64,000 bases of DNA from a bacterium (lineage in GTDB: Bacteria > Patescibacteriota > JABMPQ01 > JBDRIV01), in assembly GCA_043815505.1 (NCBI GenBank), contig JBDRIV010000002.1:246943-310942 (forward strand). The letters run 5' to 3'. The translations under genes were made by a program, and so were the position numbers. The notes below the pieces were generated by a model, which was not told the DNA's origin, did no database searches, and saw only the letters and a program-made list of their open reading frames with translations. Shown piece after piece: positions 16,964 through 26,097 of this stretch. Position 1 is the first letter of the stretch; each line of letters starts with the position of its first letter.

Positions 16964-19087
16964 ATGCCCAAGAAAAAAACTACAAAGAAAAAACCGGCAA
17001 AGCGTAAACCGGCTAAGAAGAAAGTTTCTCGAACTAAAAAACCAAAAAAAGCTACTATTAAAAAAGTAAGTAGTAAATCTTCGTATTCTGCTAAAGACAT
17101 CACAGTTTTAAAAGGTTTAGAACCTGTGCGTAAAAGACCAGGAATGTATATTGGTGGAACTGGGGTTGAAGGTTTGCATCATTTGATTTGGGAAGTGGTA
17201 GATAACTCCATTGATGAAGCGATGGCCGGATATTGTACCGAAATTGAAGTAGTGATGGAAAAAAACAATCGTGTGAAAATTTCTGATAATGGTCGTGGTA
17301 TTCCAGTGGAAAAACATAAAGCTACCAGAAAAAGTGCTCTCGAAACGGTTTTAACAACTTTACATGCTGGTGGAAAATTTGGTGGCAGTGGTTATAAAGT
17401 TTCTGGTGGTTTGCATGGCGTTGGTGTTTCGGTTGTTAATGCCCTATCTGTTTGGCTCAAGGCCGAAGTTAGAAGAGACAACAAAGTTTATGTACAAGAA
17501 TATAAAAGAGGCAAAGCTCAAGGAAAATTAAAAACTGATGGTAAATCGGATCATACTGGAACCATAATTTCTTTTGAACCTGACCCAGAAATATTTGATA
17601 CCATTGAATTTTCTTGGAAATCAATTCTTACTCATTTACGTCAACAATCTTATTTAACTAAAGGCGTAAAAATTACTATCATTGATGAACGCGGAGAAGA
17701 ACCTAATTCCTATAGTTTTTATTTTGAAGGAGGAATTAAATCTTATGTGAATCATTTGAATCGCAAAGCCAAAGTGGTTCACCAAACTCCTTTTTATGTT
17801 GAAAAAGAGCAAGATAAAATTATGGTGGAGACAGCTTTGCAATATCGGGAAGATGTAAAAAGTAACGAAGTAAGTTTTGCTAATAACATTCATACGGTTG
17901 ATGGCGGGATGCATTTGGTGGGATTTAGAACTGCTCTTACTCGCGTGCTAAATGACTATGCGCGTAAAAATGGCTTAATTAAGGACAAAGACGAGAATCT
18001 TACCGGAGAAGATATGCGCGAAGGACTAACAGCGGTAGTTTCTGTAAAATTGCAAAATCCTCAATTTGAAGGTCAAACTAAAGCCAAGCTTGGGAACCCA
18101 GAAGCTAGAACTGCTGTTAACGGAATTATTGGCGAAGAGTTTGCTAACTTTTTAGAAGAACATCCAGCTGAAGCTAGAGCTATGATCGGCAAAGTTTTAA
18201 TTGCTGCAAAGGCGCGCATGGCTGCCAAGGCTGCTAAAGATGTTGTGTTAAGAAAAGGTGCTTTAGACGGATTTGCTCTTCCTGGAAAACTGGCGGACTG
18301 TTCCACCAAAGATAGTTCTCGGGCAGAATTGTTTATCGTTGAGGGAGACTCGGCTGGCGGTTCTGCCAAGCAAGGCCGCGACAGAATGTTTCAAGCAATT
18401 TTGCCGTTACGCGGAAAAATTTTGAATGTAGAACGTGCTCGTATTGATCGTATGCTTTCGAATAAAGAAATTAAATCAATTATAATTGCTCTAGGCACTG
18501 GAGTAGGTGAAGAAGTTGATTTAAATAAACTGCGTTATAACCGAATTGTAATTATGACAGATGCTGATGTTGATGGTGCTCACATTAGAACTTTGTTGTT
18601 AACGCTTTTCTATCGTTATTTCCCAGAACTAATTGAGGCTGGCCATTTGTATATTGCTCAACCACCATTATTTAGAATTCAAAAGGGGGCCAAATTTGAA
18701 TATGTATATTCTGAGAATCAAAAAGATGATGTGGTAGCTAAGTTTGAAAAGGATGCTTCGACAAGCTTAGCACAAGATGCTAAAAAAACTATAGAAGAAG
18801 AACAAACAGAAGAAAATGAAGAAGGTGAAAAAACAGAAGAGGGAGAAGAAGAGATAAAGAAAAAATCTGGAGTTTCTATTCAACGCTACAAAGGTTTAGG
18901 TGAAATGAATCCAACCCAATTATGGGATACTACCATGGATCCAGAAACACGTTCTATGTTGCAAGTAAAAGTAGATGACGCGGAAGCAGCTACAGAAAAT
19001 TTTGAAATTCTTATGGGTGATGAAGTTGAGCCACGCAAACGTTTCATTCAAACTCACGCTAAAAAAGTAAAAAATCTGGACGTCTAA
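16964..19087 (+). CDS. gyrB: DNA gyrase subunit B
   Basis: EPVRKRPGMYIG, EVVDNS, EGDSAGG, PLRGKILN, QRYKGLGEMN. Confidence 0.97.
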   Translation: MPKKKTTKKKPAKRKPAKKKVSRTKKPKKATIKKVSSKSSYSAKDITVLKGLEPVRKRPGMYIGGTGVEGLHHLIWEVVDNSIDEAMAGYCTEIEVVMEKNNRVKISDNGRGIPVEKHKATRKSALETVLTTLHAGGKFGGSGYKVSGGLHGVGVSVVNALSVWLKAEVRRDNKVYVQEYKRGKAQGKLKTDGKSDHTGTIISFEPDPEIFDTIEFSWKSILTHLRQQSYLTKGVKITIIDERGEEPNSYSFYFEGGIKSYVNHLNRKAKVVHQTPFYVEKEQDKIMVETALQYREDVKSNEVSFANNIHTVDGGMHLVGFRTALTRVLNDYARKNGLIKDKDENLTGEDMREGLTAVVSVKLQNPQFEGQTKAKLGNPEARTAVNGIIGEEFANFLEEHPAEARAMIGKVLIAAKARMAAKAAKDVVLRKGALDGFALPGKLADCSTKDSSRAELFIVEGDSAGGSAKQGRDRMFQAILPLRGKILNVERARIDRMLSNKEIKSIIIALGTGVGEEVDLNKLRYNRIVIMTDADVDGAHIRTLLLTLFYRYFPELIEAGHLYIAQPPLFRIQKGAKFEYVYSENQKDDVVAKFEKDASTSLAQDAKKTIEEEQTEENEEGEKTEEGEEEIKKKSGVSIQRYKGLGEMNPTQLWDTTMDPETRSMLQVKVDDAEAATENFEILMGDEVEPRKRFIQTHAKKVKNLDV

Positions 19088-19110
19088 TTTGATCGTGGGC
19101 AAATTCTTGA

Positions 19111-19207
19111 CCCAGCAGTACAACGCTTTATATTTTCAAAGTCTCGGACAATTGATATTTATTTCTATGTTATAAGTTGATTATGCAGTAAAAGTTGTAC
19201 TACTGGG
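19111..19207 (+). mobile_element. Family A element (copy 3), flanked by TTGA direct repeat, abutting a -35 box
   Basis: TTGA|CCCAGCAGTACAAC...GTTGTACTACTGGG|TTGACA. Confidence 0.7.
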
Positions 19208-19235
19208 TTGACAAAAAAAACTTATCTTGTAGAAT
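19208..19235 (+). promoter_or_regulatory. Sigma70-type promoter for secE operon
   Basis: TTGACA-16nt-TAGAAT. Confidence 0.6.
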
Positions 19236-19286
19236 AAAGATAAATAAAGCCCGCGGCCAAAGGGCTTTTAAAAATCAAAAATTATG

Positions 19287-19353
19287 CCCGGTAGTACAAC
19301 AATTGTTGCTCTACTAAGGTATAATCCAAAAAAAATTAAGTTGTACTATCGGG
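19287..19353 (+). mobile_element. Family A element (copy 4, before secE)
   Basis: ATG|CCCGGTAGTACAAC...GTTGTACTATCGGG|ATG. Confidence 0.8.
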
Positions 19354-19545
19354 ATGAGTATTTTCAATAAAATTACAGATTTCTTTAAGGAATCTTACAT
19401 CGAACTTAAAAAAGTAGTCTGGCCATCGCGCTCAGAAGTTATTCGCCATACTTTAATAGTAATTGGCGTTAGTCTGGTTGTGGCTATAATTCTAGGAGTT
19501 TTTGACTACGTTTTCACTTATTTAGCAGAAATTACCCTAATTTAA
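19354..19545 (+). CDS. secE: Preprotein translocase subunit SecE
   Basis: ELKKVVWPSR motif plus single TM; upstream of nusG. Confidence 0.95.
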   Translation: MSIFNKITDFFKESYIELKKVVWPSRSEVIRHTLIVIGVSLVVAIILGVFDYVFTYLAEITLI

Positions 19546-19549
19546 ATTT

Positions 19550-20095
19550 ATGCCAAAACAAATTGGGAAAAAGGAAAAAAATTGGTACGTTTTACATACC
19601 TATTCAGGTTATGAAGAAAATGTGGCGCAAAATTTGCGTCAACGTATCGATTCTATGGATATGGAAGATAAAATCTTCCAAGTTTTAGTACCTAAAGAAA
19701 AGAAAATTAAGATTAAAAATGGTAAACGTTCAGTTGTTGAAGAAAAGATTTTCCCCGGATATGTTTTAGTAGAAATGATTGTAACAGATGATTCTTGGTA
19801 TGTGGTTAGAAATACTCCTAACGTTACAGGTTTTGTCGGGTCAGGAACTACGCCAACTCCAATTTCCAATGATGAGGTTTCAACCTTGCAGAAAAGAATG
19901 GGTGTTAAAGAACCTAAATATAAAGTTGATGTGGTGGTTGGTGAAGCTGTAAAAATTACTGATGGTCCCTTTAAAGATTTTGATGGCAAAGTTAACGCGG
20001 TTGATAATGAAAAAGGTAAAATTAAAGTTTTAGTTTCAATATTTGGTCGCGAAACACCTGTCGAACTAGATTTTTTACAAGTAAAAAAGATTTAA
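19550..20095 (+). CDS. nusG: Transcription termination/antitermination factor NusG
   Basis: WYVLHTYSGYE, FPGYVLV, KOW, IFGRETPVEL. Confidence 0.98.
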   Translation: MPKQIGKKEKNWYVLHTYSGYEENVAQNLRQRIDSMDMEDKIFQVLVPKEKKIKIKNGKRSVVEEKIFPGYVLVEMIVTDDSWYVVRNTPNVTGFVGSGTTPTPISNDEVSTLQKRMGVKEPKYKVDVVVGEAVKITDGPFKDFDGKVNAVDNEKGKIKVLVSIFGRETPVELDFLQVKKI

Positions 20096-20099
20096 ACAA

Positions 20100-20645
20100 G
20101 TGTGGTTATTTTTTCTCCAATGCTTTTATCTGATTCTACCTGGAGGATTTGCCAATGCTGTACCACCGGTCGGGAAAGATATTTTAAAACCTCTAGCGCA
20201 ACCAATTGATAGAGGTAAAACCTGGCGTGGTCAACCATTGTTGGGTAAAAACAAGACTTGGCGTGGCGTGTTGCTAGCAATAATTACCTCAGTATTATTT
20301 GTTTATCTGCAAGCGTATCTTTACAAGTTTGAAGTGTTTCAAAAAATCTCATTTATAAATTATAACGAAGTAAATTTATTGTTATTAGGTATCTTGATTG
20401 GTTTGGGCGTGATGCTCGGCGATGCGGTTGAAAGTTTAATAAAGCGACAAATGAAGATTGCTCCGGGCACAAAATTCTTTCCTTGGGATCAAATTGACTC
20501 TTTGATTGGTGGCCTGGCATTAATGGCTTTCGTGTATGTTCCTCCTTGGGAAGCAATACTATTTCTAGTGTTCTTTGCTCCTGCTCTGCATGTAGCCGTA
20601 AAACATTTTGGATATTTAATTGGTGTGAATAAAGCGCCTTGGTAG
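20100..20645 (+). CDS. CDP-archaeol synthase (CarS/DUF46)-like cytidylyltransferase
   Basis: AN..P, PIDxG, LLGKNKTWRG, GD..ESLIKR, PWDQID motifs. Confidence 0.8.
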   Translation: MWLFFLQCFYLILPGGFANAVPPVGKDILKPLAQPIDRGKTWRGQPLLGKNKTWRGVLLAIITSVLFVYLQAYLYKFEVFQKISFINYNEVNLLLLGILIGLGVMLGDAVESLIKRQMKIAPGTKFFPWDQIDSLIGGLALMAFVYVPPWEAILFLVFFAPALHVAVKHFGYLIGVNKAPW

Positions 20646-20704
20646 TTCTTCGACAAGTTCAGGATAAACACAATAAAGAACAAAGCTTATAATTTAACAA
20701 ATAT

Positions 20705-21130
20705 ATGGTAAAAGAAATTAAAACAATTGTAAAATTACAAATTCCTGCTGGTAAAGCAAATCCAGCTCCTCCTGTTGGTCCAGCTCTTGGTCAGCATGGT
20801 CTTAACATCCAAGAATTTTGTACTGCTTTTAATAATCAAACACAAGATAAGGGTGGCGACGTTATTCCGGTTGAAATTACCATTTATGAAGACCGATCCT
20901 TTGATTTTATTTGTAAAACTCCACCAGCAGCAGAATTAATTAAAAAAGCGCTGAAATTGAAAAAAGGTTCTGGTGTTCCTCAAAAAGATAAAGTAGGAAA
21001 ACTCACTAAAGCTCAAGTTAAAGAAATCGCCGAAATTAAAATGGTAGATTTAAACGCTCGTGATATAGAAGAAGCTATGAAAGTTATTGCTGGCACAGCT
21101 CGTAGTATGGGTGTTGAAGTTGAAGAATAA
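20705..21130 (+). CDS. rplK: 50S ribosomal protein L11
   Basis: [23 protein letters not shown]. Confidence 0.99.
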   Translation: MVKEIKTIVKLQIPAGKANPAPPVGPALGQHGLNIQEFCTAFNNQTQDKGGDVIPVEITIYEDRSFDFICKTPPAAELIKKALKLKKGSGVPQKDKVGKLTKAQVKEIAEIKMVDLNARDIEEAMKVIAGTARSMGVEVEE

Positions 21131-21142
21131 ATATTATTAATC

Positions 21143-21226
21143 TGTGGGACCCCACCCCAGTTTTGATTTCACAAATCAAAACTATATAAATGATTTTTGA
21201 AAACTGGAGAGGGGGTTCGCACCACG
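21143..21226 (+). promoter_or_regulatory. Putative L1-binding operator (GTGGGA...ACCAC) interrupted by a family B element (about 21150-21215)
   Basis: TGTGGGA ... CACCACG closing stem just upstream of rplA; insert CCCACCCCAGTTTT...AAAACTGGAGAGGGG. Confidence 0.5.
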
Positions 21227-21235
21227 GAGAAAACA

Positions 21236-21916
21236 ATGAACAAAAGCAAACGCTTAAAAGATTTAGTGAGTAAGATTGAAAAAAAACCTTACTCGGTAGA
21301 CGAAGCAACAAAACTTGTTATTGAATCAGCTTTGGAAAAGTTTGATGCTTCAATAGAACTTCATATTCGTTTAGGAATTGACCCCAAACAATCAGATCAA
21401 AATGTCCGCGGCACCGTTTCCTTGCCTCATGGTACAGGTAAAGAAAAACGGGTGGCGGTTTTTGTTGCCGATGAAAAAAAGAAAAAAGAAGCCAAAGATG
21501 CTGGCGCTGATGTAATTGGTGGCGAAGAACTAGTGGAAAAAATAAAAGAAACTGAAAAATGCGATTTCGAAGTTGCCATTGCTGAACCAGCTATGATGAA
21601 ACATGTTGGAAAAATCGGCAAGGTTCTTGGTGTTAAAGGTTTAATGCCAAATCCTAAAACTGAAACTGTAACCGATGATATTGCTAAAGCTGTTAAGGAA
21701 CAAAAATCTGGCAAGACTGCTTTCAAAATGGATGCTTCAGGAAATGTTCATCAGGTGATTGGTAAAAAATCTTTTAAGCCCGAACAAATAAAAGAAAATT
21801 TAGAAATCTTTGTAGAAGCGGTAAAAAAAGTTCGTCCCGACGGAGTAAAAGGAGAATATATTAAAAAAGTTTCTCTGTCATCAACTATGGGACCAGGAAT
21901 CGTGGTAAATATTTAA
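21236..21916 (+). CDS. rplA: 50S ribosomal protein L1
   Basis: FDASIELH, VRGTVSLPHGTG, GLMPNPK, STMGPG; ATG at 21236 preferred. Confidence 0.98.
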   Translation: MNKSKRLKDLVSKIEKKPYSVDEATKLVIESALEKFDASIELHIRLGIDPKQSDQNVRGTVSLPHGTGKEKRVAVFVADEKKKKEAKDAGADVIGGEELVEKIKETEKCDFEVAIAEPAMMKHVGKIGKVLGVKGLMPNPKTETVTDDIAKAVKEQKSGKTAFKMDASGNVHQVIGKKSFKPEQIKENLEIFVEAVKKVRPDGVKGEYIKKVSLSSTMGPGIVVNI

Positions 21917-21925
21917 TACAAAAAC

Positions 21926-22357
21926 ATGACCAAGGCAAAACTTAAATTCAAGAAGTTAAAAGACGATGTTAAACTTCCAAGTTATGCCAATCCAGGTGAT
22001 GCCGGAATGGATATCTATTCTCTTGAAGACAAAGTTTTAAAACCAGGGGAGCGTTATGCTTTTCAGGTTGGTTTCACAACAGAATTTTCAGACGACTTTG
22101 TGGTTTTAATTAAAGATAAAAGTGGTTTAGCAGCTAAATCAGGAATAACAATTCTGGCTGGAGTAATTGACTCTGGTTATAGGGGAGAATATGGAATTGT
22201 AATGTTAAATACAGGTGATCAACCACACGAAGTTAGACAAGGAGACAAAATTGCCCAAATGCTAATTATGCCACTTGTAACAGCTGAAATTGAAGAAGAT
22301 TTAAATTTAGGAGATAGCGAACGCGGAAAAGGTGGTTTTGGTAGTACGGGAAAATAA
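21926..22357 (+). CDS. dut: dUTP diphosphatase
   Basis: AGMDI, KSG, GVIDSGYRGE, RGKGGFGSTG. Confidence 0.96.
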   Translation: MTKAKLKFKKLKDDVKLPSYANPGDAGMDIYSLEDKVLKPGERYAFQVGFTTEFSDDFVVLIKDKSGLAAKSGITILAGVIDSGYRGEYGIVMLNTGDQPHEVRQGDKIAQMLIMPLVTAEIEEDLNLGDSERGKGGFGSTGK

Positions 22358-22372
22358 ATTAAACAAAATATT

Positions 22373-23029
22373 GTGGCGAAACCAAAAGGAAAACTTATCG
22401 TCATTGAAGGTTCTGACGGGGCTGGTAAAAGTACTCAAATAGAACTGCTTATTTCCAGACTTAAAAAATCTGGAAGAAAAGTTTACAAAATTCATTTTCC
22501 TAATTACAAATCCTACTACGGACAACAAATTAAAAAGTTAGCTCATAAAAGCACAGGGTACTTTCGGAAATTAGATCCGCATTATACCGCTGTGCTTTAT
22601 GCTTTGGATAGATACAAACTTTCTGATAAAATAAGAAGTGAGATTAAAAAAGGCAATATTGTAGTTTGTGATAGATATGCATCAGCTGGTTTTGCCTATC
22701 AAGCCGCGCAAAACAAAGTTGGTAAAGCTAGAAATGATTTTCGGAAATGGCATATCGATTTTGAATATAATCATTTACAAATCCCCAAACCTAACATGGT
22801 CTTTTATCTGTATGTTCCCCTAATAAAATCAGCAGCTTTAATAAAGAAATATAGAAAACAAGACGGAGTGGAAAGTGATAAGAAGTATCTGAAAGAAGTT
22901 GAAAAAGAAATGCTGAACTTAACTAAAATGCAGAAGTGGCAAAAAGTTAATTGCTTAAAGAAAAATGAACTAATGCCAATTTCAGAAATTCACGAATTAA
23001 TTTGGCAGAAAGTAAAAAGGTATATCTAA
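22373..23029 (+). CDS. tmk: Thymidylate kinase
   Basis: IEGSDGAGKST P-loop, CDRY..S..AYQ. Confidence 0.9.
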   Translation: MAKPKGKLIVIEGSDGAGKSTQIELLISRLKKSGRKVYKIHFPNYKSYYGQQIKKLAHKSTGYFRKLDPHYTAVLYALDRYKLSDKIRSEIKKGNIVVCDRYASAGFAYQAAQNKVGKARNDFRKWHIDFEYNHLQIPKPNMVFYLYVPLIKSAALIKKYRKQDGVESDKKYLKEVEKEMLNLTKMQKWQKVNCLKKNELMPISEIHELIWQKVKRYI

Positions 23030-24498
23030 TGCAACCAGTAATTGGTCTGGAGATTCACGTCCAGCTAAAAACTAAATCAAAAATGTTTTGTTCTTGTTCC
23101 AATAATGCAGAAGGAGCTGAGCCAAATACTTTGGTTTGCCCAGTTTGTATGGGTCATCCGGGAACTTTACCTGTTTTAAATAAGCAGGCTTTTGAATATG
23201 GTTTAATGATGGCGCTAGCACTAGAATGTGAAATTCCTACAGAAACAAAATTTGATCGCAAGAATTACTTTTATCCCGACCTTCCTAAGGGATATCAAAT
23301 TTCACAACATAAAAGTCCAATTGGAAATAAAGGAAAATTAGAGTTTGCTTTTAACGGCGGTCACGAAACGGTTAATTTTGATCACATCCATTTAGAAGAA
23401 GATGCTGGAAAATTAATTCATGAGGGAGGAGATAGTTTGGTAGATTACAATCGTTCTAGTACACCACTTTTAGAAATGGTTACCAAGCCTGTTATTCAAT
23501 CACCAGAAGTGGCTAAAGCCTTTTTACAATCTCTAAAAACTCTGGTTAAAACTTTGGGAATTTCTGATGCTGATATGGAAAAAGGTCATTTGCGTTGTGA
23601 TGCTAATGTTTCTTTGCAGGAAGATGTTAAAGTATTAAAGAATCCAAAAGCAGAAATCAAAAATTTAAATTCATTTAAAGCCATTGAAAAAGCTCTCAGA
23701 TATGAAATAAAAAGGCAGAAGGAGATATATAGGCTTGCAAAAATACCTAATACTTCAACAATGGAATGGGATACAAAACTAGATATAACAAAGGAAATGC
23801 GTAGTAAAGAAGATTCACCAGATTATAGATATTTCCCTGAACCAGATTTACCGCCAATTGTAATTGCTCAAGGTGAAGACACGAAAGAAAAAGTTTTTAT
23901 AAATTTAGAAGTAATAAAAACTCATATGCCAGAATTACCTCAAGATAAAATCAAAAGAATGAAGGATGAATATGGTTTGAAAGAACAAGATATTGTAACA
24001 ATAACCTCAGATCCAAAATTAGCAGAATTCTTTGAGCAGGCATTAAGTGAAGCATATGAGTGGGGAGACAAAGATGACAAGGAAATTCCTAAGTTAGTAA
24101 GTAACTGGTTGTTGTCAGAAATGCTTGGAGTTTTGAAAGATAAAAAAATGTCATTAACAGATTTGCCAATGACACCGGAAAACTTTGCAGAGTTGGTAAT
24201 TATGGTTAAAAATGGAGACGTGAACAGCTCAGCTGGTCAAAGTATACTTCTGGAAATGATTGAAAACGGTGGTGACCCATCGCAAATTGTGGAAGAAAAA
24301 GGTTTGAAACAAGTGAGTGATGAGGGTGAATTAGAAACAATAATTTCTAAAGTGATTAAAGCTAATGGTGGGCCAGTTGAAGATTACAAAAACGGCAAAG
24401 AAGCTGCTCTTCAATTTTTAGTAGGGAAAGTAATGAAAGAGAGTAAAGGTTCTGCCAATCCACAGAAAGTGATGGAAATGCTGAAAATGAAGCTCTAA
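23029..24498 (+). CDS. gatB: Asp-tRNA(Asn)/Glu-tRNA(Gln) amidotransferase subunit B
   Basis: IGLEIHVQL, FDRKNYFYPDLPKGYQISQ, YRYFPEPDLP. Confidence 0.97.
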   Translation: MQPVIGLEIHVQLKTKSKMFCSCSNNAEGAEPNTLVCPVCMGHPGTLPVLNKQAFEYGLMMALALECEIPTETKFDRKNYFYPDLPKGYQISQHKSPIGNKGKLEFAFNGGHETVNFDHIHLEEDAGKLIHEGGDSLVDYNRSSTPLLEMVTKPVIQSPEVAKAFLQSLKTLVKTLGISDADMEKGHLRCDANVSLQEDVKVLKNPKAEIKNLNSFKAIEKALRYEIKRQKEIYRLAKIPNTSTMEWDTKLDITKEMRSKEDSPDYRYFPEPDLPPIVIAQGEDTKEKVFINLEVIKTHMPELPQDKIKRMKDEYGLKEQDIVTITSDPKLAEFFEQALSEAYEWGDKDDKEIPKLVSNWLLSEMLGVLKDKKMSLTDLPMTPENFAELVIMVKNGDVNSSAGQSILLEMIENGGDPSQIVEEKGLKQVSDEGELETIISKVIKANGGPVEDYKNGKEAALQFLVGKVMKESKGSANPQKVMEMLKMKL

Positions 24499-24511
24499 TA
24501 TATTTAAGAGT

Positions 24512-24540
24512 CAGGGATGGCTTTCATCCCTGGTTTTTTT
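24512..24540 (+). terminator. Intrinsic terminator
   Basis: CAGGGATG-gcttt-CATCCCTG followed by T run. Confidence 0.75.
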
Positions 24541-24557
24541 ATCTCAAAAATTGGAGA

Positions 24558-25487
24558 CTAATTAGCTAAGAACTTTTCTACAAGATTATCAGCCTCGGAC
24601 AAATCACCAACCCAATGAATGTTTTTATTTCGTTTAAACCAAGTCATTTGGCGTTTGGCATATTGTTTGGTGCGAGTGGACATTCTTATTTTTGCTTCAT
24701 CTAAATCAATAGCACCCTGTAAATATTCAGCTATTTCTTTATAACCAATACCAGACATTGATGGAAGCATTAGTGAATAATTTTCATCTAACAGCTGCTT
24801 CGTTTCCATAATTAAATCAGTATTAGTTTTATTATTCTCATTAACATTTCCGACTTCTATCATCTCATCAATCCTTTTGTCAATCCTGTTATAAAGTTCT
24901 TCTTTAGAAATATCAAGCCCTATTTCCAACAAATCATATTTTGGTTTCCCTTGTTTTCTTTGTTCAGAATAGGGACGACCAGATTCAAGACAAATTTCAA
25001 GAGCGCGAATAAGGCGACGCTTATTTTTTAAATCAATCGTTTTAATAATCTCTGGATCAAGAGTTTCCAGTTGTTTATGCAACTCTTCAAATGATTTATT
25101 TTCCAATTCAGAACGAAGTTCATTATTTGGTTTAATTTTAGGAATAGTTAAGTTTTTGCAAACCGCATCAATATAAAGACCTGTGCCACCAACCAAAAAG
25201 GGGAGCCTTTTTTTTGAAGAAATAATCTTTTCAGCTTCTTTTTTAAATTGACCAACAGTAAATTCTTCATCCGGTTTTACAAAATCTAACATAAAATGGC
25301 GAACATTATCAATTTCTTCTTTAGTGATTTTTCCAGTGCCCACATCCATGCCTTTGTAGATTTGCCGAGAATCAGCTGAAATCACATAACCATCGTACTT
25401 TTTGGCTAACTTAACGCCTAAAAAAGACTTCCCAGAAGCGGTGGGACCGGTAATAATTACTAGTTTTTGTTTATTTGTTGGGGTCAT
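24558..25487 (-). CDS. miaA: tRNA dimethylallyltransferase
   Basis: GPTASGKS, SADSRQIY, VGGTGLY, YAKRQMTWF. Confidence 0.97.
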   Translation of the reverse strand: MTPTNKQKLVIITGPTASGKSFLGVKLAKKYDGYVISADSRQIYKGMDVGTGKITKEEIDNVRHFMLDFVKPDEEFTVGQFKKEAEKIISSKKRLPFLVGGTGLYIDAVCKNLTIPKIKPNNELRSELENKSFEELHKQLETLDPEIIKTIDLKNKRRLIRALEICLESGRPYSEQRKQGKPKYDLLEIGLDISKEELYNRIDKRIDEMIEVGNVNENNKTNTDLIMETKQLLDENYSLMLPSMSGIGYKEIAEYLQGAIDLDEAKIRMSTRTKQYAKRQMTWFKRNKNIHWVGDLSEADNLVEKFLAN

Positions 25488-25491
25488 AGCC

Positions 25492-25520
25492 TTGACAAAA
25501 TTATAGTTTTATTATAGTAT
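25492..25520 (+). promoter_or_regulatory. Sigma70-type promoter
   Basis: TTGACA-17nt-TAGTAT upstream of the receiver-domain gene. Confidence 0.55.
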
Positions 25521-25593
25521 ATTTGCACCCAGATTTCCATTTCAAGTTGTACGTTAATTCAAGTTGGCCGCAAAAAAGAAGGGGAGGTATAGT

Positions 25594-25971
25594 ATGAGAA
25601 TTTTGTTAGTTGATGATGAAGATTGTGTGCGTGGATTTGTCAAAGACATGTTGACTGAAAATGCGCACGAAGTAGTTGATGTCAATAATGCTTCTAAGGC
25701 ACTGGATGTAATTAAAGGAGGAGAGAAATTTGATGCGGTTGTGACAGACCTAATAATGCCAGGAATGGATGGGGTGGAATTAACAAAGGAGCTTCTGCAA
25801 TACGGAATTGATAATTCCTCGGTCATTATGATCTCTGGCGGTGCACCCGATGGCAAGGAAGAACTTTTTAAAATTGCTAAGGGATTCTTTGGCAAAAGAT
25901 TTCTTAAAAAGCCATTCGAAATTGATGATCTTTTTATACTTCTCGATGAAATCGGGGAGAATATCGGCTAA
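25594..25971 (+). CDS. Single-domain response regulator (CheY-like)
   Basis: ILLVDDE, VTDLIMPGMDG, ISG, LKKPF; GGAGG SD before ATG 25594. Confidence 0.9.
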   Translation: MRILLVDDEDCVRGFVKDMLTENAHEVVDVNNASKALDVIKGGEKFDAVVTDLIMPGMDGVELTKELLQYGIDNSSVIMISGGAPDGKEELFKIAKGFFGKRFLKKPFEIDDLFILLDEIGENIG

Positions 25972-26097
25972 ACCTTGGTCGCGGCGCGTTTTGGAATATA
26001 TACCTGTAATAACCCCCACAGGCAAAAATCCATTACGTCGTCGCGACCTTCTAATTTCCGAGCGATGCAGGCGACAAAGAGTAGTCGAAAGATTAAG

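Noticed and set aside
21197-21235. Extended N-termini for rplA (also rpsB 58897, gatB 23002, ytxH 37929)
   Set aside because: The extensions run through leader/repeat DNA or upstream genes; downstream ATGs match expected family starts.
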